Positions 41,333 through 51,035 of a stretch of DNA of 64,000 nucleotides are shown here, one piece after another. Numbering within the stretch: the stretch's first letter is position 1; each line of letters begins with the position of its first letter. A program made the translations under genes and the position numbers. Origin of the DNA: Planctomycetota bacterium (GTDB taxonomy: Bacteria > Planctomycetota > PLA2 > JAEUHO01); contig CBDCTJ010000003.1 of assembly GCA_965222115.1 (NCBI GenBank), forward strand, positions 96,001 to 160,000, written 5' to 3'. Under the pieces are notes generated by a model. The model was not told the origin of the DNA. It searched no databases and saw nothing but the letters and a program-made list of their open reading frames with translations.

Positions 41333-41549
41333 TGCACCCTCCCGCGATTGGGCCTTTTGGCGGACCATGAAGGCCCACCGCACCATGGTATCGGCGGAGG
41401 ACTTCGCACCTTCTTGTTCGTCCAGTGAGATTCACACAAATCGTGATGCGCGTCGGGCCGCGGTTGCGCTCACGGGTCACGCCTTCAAACTGAGCGCGTT
41501 CGCGGCATCACGACCGCGTCGCAATTCCGCATGGAGCCCGACCAACGTC

Positions 41550-42158
41550 ATGGTGGATTGGCCCGACGAGCGCACGGTAGGCGTCTTGCTTTACCCCCAT
41601 TTCGATCTGCTCGCAGTAACGGCGCCGATGCACGCCTTCGGCATGCTCAAGGGCGTATTCGATTGCGTGTTACTCGCCCAATCCACAGAGCCCGTCGCCA
41701 GTACGCAAGACGTCGCATTGACGGCCAGTCGGTCACTCGAAGACGCTGGCGAACTCGACATGCTCGTGATCCCCGGTGGCGCAGGTGCGCGCGAGTTCGT
41801 TCGCAACGAATCCGCCTTGGCGTGGCTCACCGAGGCTGCCGCATCGATGGAATTGATTCTCACAATCTCCACGGGCAGCGTGCTGCTCGCCGCCACCGGC
41901 ATTCTTGACGGCCGCCGCGCTACCACATCCTCGCGGGCACTCGGCTGGGCCCGCGAAACCGCCCCGCGGGTCACCTGGGAACCCAAAGCACGATTCGTTG
42001 ACGACGACTCAGTCATCTCCGCCGCGGGTGTGGGCGCGGGCCTCGACGCCACGTTGCATGTCATTAGTCGTCTCACGGCCGACGACGTGGGAGACAACAT
42101 CGCGCGAAGCATGGAGCACGTGTGGATCAAGGATGCGAGGGAAGATCCGTTTGCTTGA
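41550..42158 (+). CDS. DJ-1/PfpI-family protein
   Basis: LVIPGGAG, ISTGSVLLAATGILDGRRATT, SAAGVGAGLD; Ser at the usual Cys position. Confidence 0.85.
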   Translation: MVDWPDERTVGVLLYPHFDLLAVTAPMHAFGMLKGVFDCVLLAQSTEPVASTQDVALTASRSLEDAGELDMLVIPGGAGAREFVRNESALAWLTEAAASMELILTISTGSVLLAATGILDGRRATTSSRALGWARETAPRVTWEPKARFVDDDSVISAAGVGAGLDATLHVISRLTADDVGDNIARSMEHVWIKDAREDPFA

Positions 42159-42159
42159 T

Positions 42160-42960
42160 CTGGGTGCACTTCTTCGATGAAGAGAGCTCGCTCCAAGGGC
42201 ACCAAGTTCACCAAGCGCATCCGGGGTAGGAGACGTTGCGTTTCATTGGAATCGTGAAAGCAAGGAGGCCCCAACGGGGGCCTAAGTTGATAGCGAAGGG
42301 TGCACGACGAGCGCAGCGAGGAGAAACCCTGGATGCAACCGGGTTCTTGATTTCGCCGATCGGCGCGAAGGAAAGGAGGCGATGAAACGACTGATGCGCG
42401 AAAACCAAACACAGGAACACGCCTAGATGCGTGTCGGAGATTGGGCGGGTCGAAGACCCGACCCAATCGAAGATCCTGAGTAAGCACAAGCGAATCTCTG
42501 ATTCGCGCGGTGCGCATCGAAGGGCCGAATCAAGAGGAGCGTGAATTGGGCAATAGCGAGTTTGCGCCCCGTACAACTCGGTGCTGGGAGCAAGAGGGCC
42601 GACTCCAGAGTGGACGTTTGCGTGAACGCGCTATTCGGTGCCCGGAGCGAATAGGCGTCTGCGTACACCGTTACCCGTCACCCTTTACCCGGACTTCTGT
42701 GTGAGCATCCGATTACCCATTCGCGTGGAACGTAGACGGGAACGTCATATGGCGCCATGAGCTTCCTCATCTCCTGCGCAAATATACCGAATACGCAGCA
42801 CGCAAACGCCATCGCCGGCCGCGTTCCACAACAATGTCAAGGGCCATGGAGGGTAGCCCAGGGCTAGCGCAAGCGCAGCCCTGGGTCCTCGTCCTCACCC
42901 CAAATCCCCGCCCTGTATGGGCGGCGGAATCGATCGAACATGCAACGGTCCAACGTCCTA
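42160..42960. repeat. Non-coding region with several REP-like GC palindromes
   Basis: Hairpins at 42266-42283, 42439-42468, 42631-42654, 42857-42885 and 42908-42924. Confidence 0.6.
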
Positions 42961-42969
42961 AACGTCGTG

Positions 42970-45900
42970 CTACGGCGCCCCAGCAAACAGGAACGGCGCC
43001 CAGTAGTACGGATCGGGATGGGTCTTCATGAGCTCTTTGCGTGCCGCGTGAAGCGCCTCACAGGGAGACAGGGTATCGCCTTCAAACATACGTCGGTATA
43101 GCGAAGTCATGAGCTTGGCCGTGGATTTGTCGTCCACCGGCCACAAGCTCGCAATGCACGACCGAGCACCGGCGAAACAAAAGCCCCAAGGCAGCGCCAG
43201 CATGCCCTCGTTTTGATCGAGCTTGCCAGCGTGACTCTCGCACGCAGAAAGCACTACCAACTCAGTGCCTTCCAAGCGCGAACGCCAACGTTCAAGCAGA
43301 TCACCCAAACTCAAAAACCCGTCGTTGTCGGAGACAGGTACGCGCGGTGTAGTAAGTGCCAAGCGGGAGGCGCGCGCCCCTTGGTCCGGCTCAATGATGC
43401 CGTGAGTAGCGAGGTGCAGGATGCGCGGGGAATCCGACGCCTTGAATAGCGCCGCTTCGGTTGCCTGCTCGCGCAATAGTGTGCGGACTGACACCCTCTT
43501 TCCCGACGCCTCAAGCAACTTCTCTAGTGCGCGGACCTCGTCACCCGTTCCGGGAATGCGAGCCAGACTGCCGCCGCGAAGCACGCCCGGGGTCACCCGC
43601 GCAAGAACCTTGGGGCCCGCAATCGGAGGCGGCTCCTTGGCGAGAAAGACACCGATGCGTCCGGGCTCCAGGGTAGCGGTTCGAGTGGTGCCTTCGCGTT
43701 CGTAAGTGAGAGGAATCTCTTTGGTTTCTGGCTTAATGCCGCGAATCGCTTTGACCAAGTCTTCGTGAGTGGCCGTCCGCATGCGGCCATAGGCAGTAAT
43801 CACGTCTCCGGGTCGAAGCTTCAACTTGGCAGCCTGCGAGCCCGGTGAGATGTCGTTGACAACGATTCCTTCTTTGGGCCAACGCACTGCCCCATCGAAC
43901 ACCGGGTCTCCCACGGCCACAACCGACAAGTTCCCGGTAGCCTTCGGACGTGCCTTCAACGCGGAAAGTACCGCAGCCGATGCCGCATAGGCGATCGGTG
44001 GACCCTCCTGCGCCCAATAGCCCGGCTTATCGCCATCGTTTGAAACAACCAGTGCCTCAAACGGCAGCTGATGAAGTATGCCATGGGGAAGCACGTACAC
44101 GCGCGATGCGCTCTTTACATCATTCCAGACCGCTTCGGGGAGCAGCATCTTGAACAACGTCGTGCCAGGATGCTTCGCTGCGTCTGACCGTGTTGCACCC
44201 TTTGCCGCAAGGACTTTGCGATACGCGTGAACCGCGCTAGCGATCGCCATGGAAGTGATCGGCGCCTCTTCCGTGCCAAGGCGATGAGCGACAATGCCGT
44301 CTCTTGAAACCACGAACACAAACGAGTGTTCTCCCAGGCTATAGGCCAGCATGCGTTCCTTATCTTGGAGCAATGCACGCATCTGTTCAGCCTTCAGTGG
44401 CCGTCCCTCCGGCAAGGCCTGGCGGATCAAAGACAACCGTGTTCGCAGCGCCTTTTCGTAGGTGGCACGCGTATCGATTTCGACCTTCCTAAGCGCTTGT
44501 ATTTCCTTTCGACGTCCGGCTTGCTGCGCCCGTGCTACATCGGACGACGCGACAGTCACTGCCGAGAATGCGTCATCCACCTCTCGAGCGGCTTTCTCGA
44601 TGCGCGCCACCAATGAAGTGTCGCCTCGTTTAGAAGCTTGACGCTTCGCGACCTGGACAGGATCGTCCTGACCTCGCTGCAAGAGGTCCAGCATCTCCCG
44701 ACCCCGACTGCGCTCCAGCGTCTCAACCGCTTGCTCTGCATGCCCCAGCATCAAATGCGCTCGAATCATGAGCGGAAACGGATCCCACCGTCGCAGTGAG
44801 GCCAGATATCGCACGCGCCCCTCGCTTCCCAGTTCGGCTGCTTCGGATCGTCGCACTTCCAACTGCGCGGCTGCGGGGCCAAGGGCCTGTTGTGCCTGAG
44901 CAATGTTTCCCTCCTATAGGTATAGGTCGCTCAAAAACACGTGGGCGATGTAACAATTGGGCCAGTGGATTCGTTTGCCGATTCGTACCGCCTCCATGGC
45001 AGTTCTCTTGGCTTCGCTCCTTCGCCCCAAATCGGCAAACGAGACCGCTAGGTTGTGAAAGCTCACAGCCACATCCGTGTGCTCTCCTGAAAACAAGCGC
45101 TTTCTCATTTCTAGCGCCTCTTTGTAGTAGGAATGCGCTTCGTTTGCCTTGCCAAGGCCCTGAAGTACAGCGCCCAAGTTGTTTAGGCTCAAAGCCACAT
45201 CGGGATGGTCTCCTGATAACAGGCGCCTTCGCATCTTTAGCGCTCTCTCGCAGTAGGAAAATGCCTCGTTGGCTCTACCAAGACTATCGAGTACACAACC
45301 CAAGTTACTCAGGCTCACAGCCACGTCCGGGTGGTCCCCTGAAATTACGCGCATTTGCATCGCTAATCCCTGCTCGTAGTAGGGAAGCGCCTCGTTGGCT
45401 CTACCAAGACTGTCGAGTACATAACCCAGATTGTTCAGGTTCATGGCCACCTCGGGATGGTCCCCGGAATACACGCGCTTCCGCATCGCTAGCGCCTTCT
45501 CGTAGTAGGGAAGCGCCTCGTTGGCTTTGCCGAGATCTTGAAGTACACCGGCCATGTTGTTCAAGCTCGTGGCCATTTCGAGATGGTTACCTGAAGACAA
45601 GCGCCTTCGCATCTTTAGCGCTTTCTCGTAGTAGGAAAACGCCTCGTTGACTTTGCCAAGGCTGTTCAACACAGCGGCCAAGTTGTTTAGGCTCATGGCA
45701 ACATCGGGATGGTCCTTTGAGAACAAGCGCTTTCGCATTGCTAACGCTTCCTCGCAGAAGGGAAGCGCCTCATTGGCCTTGCCAAGGCTATTCAGTACAA
45801 GACCCAAGTTGTTCAAGCTCGTAGCCACACTCGGATGGTCCCCTGAATACAAGCGCTTACGCATCGCTAGTGCTTGCTCGTAGTAGGAAAGCGCCTCGTT

Positions 45901-46968
45901 TGTCTTGCCAAGGTCTTGAAGTACAGTGCCCAAGTTATTTAGGCATGTGGCCACACTCGAATGGTCCTCTGAATATAAGCGCTTAAACATCGCTAACGCT
46001 CTCTCGTAGTAGGAAAGCGCCTCGTTGGCTTTGCCGAGATCTTGAAGTACACCGGCCATGTTGTTCAAGCTCGTGGCCACGCCGGAGTGATTTCCCGAAA
46101 ACAGACGCATTCGCATCTTTAGTGCTTTCTCGTAGCAGGAAAGTGCCTCATCGGGCTTGCTAAGCCTTAGAAGCGCGCCAGCCAAGTTGTTCAAACTCAA
46201 AGCCACCTTCGGGTGATCCCCTGAATACAAGCGCCTTCTCATTTCTAGCGCCTCTTTGTAGTAGGAACGCGCCTCGTTTGCCTTGCCAAGGCTTAGAAGT
46301 ACATAGCCCAAGTTGTTTAGGCTCAAAGCCACATCCGGATGGTCTCCTGAAAACAAGCGCTTATACATCTCGTGCGCTCTTTTGTAATAGGAAAGCGCAT
46401 CGTCGGCCCTTCCAAGGCCGTCCAAAACAGATGCCAAGTTGTTTAGGCTCGTAGCCACAGCGGGGTGGTCCCTTGAGAACAAGCGCATTCTCATCTCTAG
46501 TGCTTGCTCGTGGTAGGGAAGCGCCTCGCCAGCTTTGCCAAGACTCTCGTAGGCGACGGCCAAGTTGTTTAGGCTCATTGCCACAGCCGGATGCTCTCCT
46601 GGAAATAAGCGCCCATGCATCTCGAGCGCTTCTTTGTAGTAAGGAAGCGCCTCACTGGCTTTGTCACTATCTTTAAGTGCACCGGCCAATTTATCTAGGC
46701 AGATTGCAAGCTCTTTATGGTCCTTCTTACGTGCGCGAAGCAACTGAATCGCCGCCTTGTAGTCCCTGATCGCCTCTTCGTGTCGGCGGGCCTCTCTATG
46801 CGCATCCCCTTGCTCGCGAAGTTTCCGAGCCTTTACAACCTCCGAGTCCTCGGCACCATCGGCCTCCGCTTTCGGCTCCTCGGTTTTCGGTGCGTCCTCG
46901 GCCGCGATCGACCCACTTCCCAACACCAATAGTGCAACCAACAACGCGCGTGAAAAAGCCAACTTCAT
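42970..46968 (-). pseudogene. Signal-peptide TPR(13x42 aa)-PDZ-CHAT caspase-like protein interrupted by one in-frame TAG (44916-44914)
   Basis: The TPR ORF and CHAT ORF are in the same frame, separated only by TAG; LHLATHG and VLSACES catalytic motifs intact; PDZ-like insert (SPGSQAAKLKLRPGDVITAY). Confidence 0.8.
44990..46660 (-). repeat. 126-bp coding tandem repeat (TPR units)
   Basis: 13 units of 42 aa; identical 65-bp blocks at 45511-45575 and 46015-46079 (4x126 apart). Confidence 0.9.
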
Positions 46969-47284
46969 GGAGCCACCTCCCGCCGCAGTGTCTGCGCGGC
47001 AGCCATTGGCGTCAAGAAAACTGGGAAACGGCGCGAGGACGAGTAACTCACACTTCATGCTTAGCTCGAGACTCGCTCTCCCTCCCCAAACTTGAATCGT
47101 TGATTGGCTGCTCGATACGCTCTGTAGTGAGAGATGGAACTATTCGCTGCGAGGCTGAGTTCCGCGAATCTGAGGCGGCAGCCAACGGCATGTGTTCTCT
47201 CTGCGACTCTGCCACGCTGCGTCTCTGCGTGAGATAACCCACTCCCGGCGAACAGGCTCGCGATTCGAGTGCAAAGATCACGTC

Positions 47285-50008
47285 CTACCGATTCCTCGGC
47301 CGCACGGTGAACTTCAAGTTGCGCTGCGACAGGTCAATGCCGGAACGGCGCTCCATCAGTGTGGTGCCGTCTTTCTGGGACTTGTACACCGAAATCTCCA
47401 ATCGCTCCTTCGCATCGGCGGGTACGTAAAGTCGAAATTCACCCAGTGCGTTGGTCGTTTCCTTCAAGTTGAATCCGGCAAACTGTCCGTATACCTGTAC
47501 GTTGGCGCCCTCTACCGCTCGCCCTTGCGAATCAACAACGACACCCGACATGATTTTGGGCGGCGTAAGAGCAACGGTCAGCGTGTCGTCCGATGGACGT
47601 ACGTTCTTGACGGCCACGCGACCGAGGCGGCTACGATCGCTCTTAGGGGGATGTACGATGACAAGCAGCGGCATGGCGGTTAAGTCTGAAATCGTGGCCA
47701 TGCCCCGCTTATCCGTCTTTGGATGTTCGGCATCCAATGTTGGCGTGGGACGCACGTCAATGGTTGCGCGTTCTACAGGCGCGCCCGCTGTGTCCTCAAC
47801 GCGAATAGTAAGTGTGAGGTCCTTGGGGACGCGCTTCGCGCGCAGCGTAATGAGCGGTCCGTCACCCTTGACATCGAGTGCCTGTGCAAACCAAGGTACT
47901 TGTAGGTTCTTGTGTCCCTTCTTTGATCGTCGAAAGACGTTTCCTTGAAATTGAACGTCGACCGCAACTCCGAGTGGCACCAACAACCGGAATGCACCCT
48001 TCCCATCGGTCGTGGCGGAGTCCACCTGGTGGCCGGCGCGTTTGGCACTCACGAAAGCGCGCTCGAGCGGCGTGTCGTCGGCGAGTAACACGCCGTGAAC
48101 CACCGCTGCGCGCTTCAAGACAATCGTGTGTGTCTTCTCTCTCACGGCAAGGCGCACGGCGTCGGGGGTCAAATAGACCTCCTTTGAGTCGACCATCCCA
48201 CCCTCGTAGGCAACGAGCGCCCGCGTAACGCGCAGTGGCAACACAAACGAAATGCACCCATCGGCGTCTGTGTCGTTGTAGGTTTCTTCGCCCCCTTCGG
48301 GCTCGATTCGGAAGAACGCCTCTTTGATTGGCTCACCGTCTTCGTTCACAACAAGGAGACTCAGCTTGTGAGTGGGTTGAAACTGAAGCCGGATCGACGG
48401 ATGCGTGTTACCAGCGCGCAAAGTTAGGGATTGAGTCACGACGTCACCGCGCGTTCCGGCCTGAACGACATAACTACCGGGCGCTAGATCGGGAAAGGCG
48501 AACCGACCGTCTGCACCCGTACGCGTCTCTTCTTGGCGCCCGTAATCCAAGTCGACGGATTCACCGCCATCACGTCGCAATCGTCCCGCGTCGTCATTTG
48601 CGCCCTGGATAGAAACGTAGAGTCCGGTTCGCGGCGCGCCATCGGCATCCACGACAGCTCCGGTAAGCGCAACGCCGCTTGGGACTACAATTTCACCAAG
48701 ATCCACTTCGTTCGCTGACGCTACAGGAGCATCGAAATCCGTGAGATACCTGCCGTAGCCCGGTGACTGAATGACAACGCTGTGGACAATGGATGGCGTA
48801 AGACCGTCAAACGAAAACAATCCGTCGCCCGATGCGACGCCATGGGCGGTGGAGATGCTCTGACGCGAATCCACGAACTTGGAACCGACAACACTCACTC
48901 GGGCGCCCGATAGCGGATTTCCCGATTCATTGACTGCTCGGCCACGTACGGAGAATCCTCGCACAAGTGCAAAGTCGACCGTCTTCTTGTTGGCCACATC
49001 GTACGATGCACGCGCGTAGCCGGGGGCTAGCACATGAATGTCGTGATATCCATTACCCGTCCAGCCGCCGAGCGCATACCGTCCCTCTTCATCGGCACGA
49101 GTCTCCTTGTGAAACACCCAGCCCATGCCAACGCGCGCACCGGCGATGGCTCGTCCGGTCACCGCGTCGGTCACAGTGCCCGTTACGAGGCGCCCCTTAG
49201 GAATCGTCAGTGTCATCGTGCGAGAGCCTGATTCGGGAAGCCGGTGAGTCTCGTAGTCGTCCATCCAACCACCCAGATGATTATCGTTGGCACTGATACG
49301 AAATGACCAACCGGGCGGAAGATTTGCAAACGTATGCTTGCCATCTGCATCCGTCGTCGCCTTGATGTCATGACCGTAGTCGCCGCTGCTGTCAAACAGA
49401 CTGAGCTCGAGTGAGACAGACGGAAGCACATCGCCGTTTTCGCCTTGCGTTGTCACGTGCAACGCGACACCACGATGCAGAACGAGTTTCACATACGAGG
49501 CTTGCGTCAGGTTCTTTCGAGTGAGCGATGCATAGCCTTCCAGTCGGACGTTCACATGAATGGATTCGCCCTGCCGCACGGGGAGCGCAAACGTTCCATC
49601 CGTAGCGCTGTAGGTGCTCGCACCATACGCAGGTTCGTCATATCGGTCTGCCGCCAAGATCGAACCACGCCGCCACGGAAAGCGAACGATACGCAGCTCT
49701 GCGCCCGCCAGAGGCAAACCCTCGCTATCTAAGACAACACCGTGAACGTCACCCCTTCGCTTGGCGGCCTTCAAGTCAACCGGAGGATGAGAGGCATCCC
49801 CGTTGAACGCATCGATCGATGGATTGCGAACGTCTTTGCTGCCAAGATCGACTGAATCTCGCTTCGAACCGAGCATCGGAGCCTTGGATGATGACGGCTC
49901 GTCGGTGCCGGAACCTTGAATTTCGTCACGCTCCGGCTCGCGCAGCGTCCAAACGCATGCCGCGAGGAGAATCAGCGCGCCAATCAAGATCATTCCGCGC
50001 ATGGTCAA
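47285..50008 (-). CDS. Exported carboxypeptidase-regulatory/Cna-B-like repeat protein
   Basis: N-terminal TM; repeated GxVxDxxGxP / TDADGxF motifs. Confidence 0.8.
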   Translation of the reverse strand: MTMRGMILIGALILLAACVWTLREPERDEIQGSGTDEPSSSKAPMLGSKRDSVDLGSKDVRNPSIDAFNGDASHPPVDLKAAKRRGDVHGVVLDSEGLPLAGAELRIVRFPWRRGSILAADRYDEPAYGASTYSATDGTFALPVRQGESIHVNVRLEGYASLTRKNLTQASYVKLVLHRGVALHVTTQGENGDVLPSVSLELSLFDSSGDYGHDIKATTDADGKHTFANLPPGWSFRISANDNHLGGWMDDYETHRLPESGSRTMTLTIPKGRLVTGTVTDAVTGRAIAGARVGMGWVFHKETRADEEGRYALGGWTGNGYHDIHVLAPGYARASYDVANKKTVDFALVRGFSVRGRAVNESGNPLSGARVSVVGSKFVDSRQSISTAHGVASGDGLFSFDGLTPSIVHSVVIQSPGYGRYLTDFDAPVASANEVDLGEIVVPSGVALTGAVVDADGAPRTGLYVSIQGANDDAGRLRRDGGESVDLDYGRQEETRTGADGRFAFPDLAPGSYVVQAGTRGDVVTQSLTLRAGNTHPSIRLQFQPTHKLSLLVVNEDGEPIKEAFFRIEPEGGEETYNDTDADGCISFVLPLRVTRALVAYEGGMVDSKEVYLTPDAVRLAVREKTHTIVLKRAAVVHGVLLADDTPLERAFVSAKRAGHQVDSATTDGKGAFRLLVPLGVAVDVQFQGNVFRRSKKGHKNLQVPWFAQALDVKGDGPLITLRAKRVPKDLTLTIRVEDTAGAPVERATIDVRPTPTLDAEHPKTDKRGMATISDLTAMPLLVIVHPPKSDRSRLGRVAVKNVRPSDDTLTVALTPPKIMSGVVVDSQGRAVEGANVQVYGQFAGFNLKETTNALGEFRLYVPADAKERLEISVYKSQKDGTTLMERRSGIDLSQRNLKFTVRPRNR

Positions 50009-50054
50009 CAGCTCCTCGTCAATCTACATCTAAGACGAGTGTGTCACCGGTCCG

Positions 50055-51023
50055 TTACTCGCGCGCCAACACTTCTATGATCATCCACCCGCGTTTGAAA
50101 TCGAGCAGCTCAGGATGCACGTGACCCACGGGCGTTCGTTCGTCGAGGATCCACTTCAACAAATCGCTTCCGATGTCTCGTGTGCCCCAGTGAATCCACT
50201 CCGTGCGTTCGCGGGTCTTGGGATGGCGAACCTCTAGAACGCCGCCTCGTGCGCGCGTGGCGGCGTCGAAGCAGTACTGCCGCGCCATTTCGTCAAATTC
50301 TGCTTCTTCTTTGAGGATTTTGTTGAGTACGCCCTGTGCCGTACTTCGAGCCACATCACGCGTGATATGACGCTTCTTCTCCTGCGCAGGCCAGCTTCCT
50401 CGATAGGCGAACGTAATCACGCGCACTTTGGCCCGCCGCCGTGCTTCGCGCCTTTGAAGGGCGAGCAATTCAAATCCGCGCTTGCGGTCGATGCGTTTCG
50501 CGAAGCCGAATCCACCGTTCCACTCGATCACGGGCGTCATACCCCAAACCGGCGTGGCTATGTAGACACGATCGCGACGCGTGATTGACTTGGGATCGAG
50601 CGGCGCAAATGTAAATCCCAATGCGCGCGCCCCCACGCCGTTGCTTGCCTCGCGCGCAACACTGCCGATATCCTCGCCGCGATAGACGCGCTTGCAGAGA
50701 TTGCGAACTCGTGCCAGTGCTTCATTGCGTGAACGGGGATAGCGGTTGGGAAGATGTTTGACGTCGTCCTCGAGATAGCTCACCCACACTTCTTGTGCGA
50801 AAAATGGATCACGAACGGGGCCGTTGACGTTGGGTGGCTCGATGTCACTTACAGCACACGTCTTGTTCAAGGCAGCGTCATCGGGCGTGGCACCTGTCGG
50901 TTGTCTCGACGCAGAAGACGAGCCGTTGGACGTCGAATCGCTTGAACGTGAAATCGCCCACGCGGTCGCACCGGCAGCCACCAGCAAAACGACCGCAAGA
51001 CTGATCCACTGTTGACGCGTCAT
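50055..51023 (-). CDS. Exported PpiC/parvulin-like protein
   Basis: N-terminal TM; two degenerate rotamase-like repeats (FDEMARQYCFDAATRARGGVL). Confidence 0.6.
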   Translation of the reverse strand: MTRQQWISLAVVLLVAAGATAWAISRSSDSTSNGSSSASRQPTGATPDDAALNKTCAVSDIEPPNVNGPVRDPFFAQEVWVSYLEDDVKHLPNRYPRSRNEALARVRNLCKRVYRGEDIGSVAREASNGVGARALGFTFAPLDPKSITRRDRVYIATPVWGMTPVIEWNGGFGFAKRIDRKRGFELLALQRREARRRAKVRVITFAYRGSWPAQEKKRHITRDVARSTAQGVLNKILKEEAEFDEMARQYCFDAATRARGGVLEVRHPKTRERTEWIHWGTRDIGSDLLKWILDERTPVGHVHPELLDFKRGWMIIEVLARE

Positions 51024-51035
51024 GGATGAATCAGT

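Noticed and set aside
42160-42960. RNase P RNA or tmRNA in the long intergenic region
   Set aside because: No GAGGAAAGUCC or GGGG...CCA tmRNA termini recognisable on either strand
44990-46660. Regularly spaced repeats as a possible CRISPR array
   Set aside because: 126-bp period in frame, encoding TPR units
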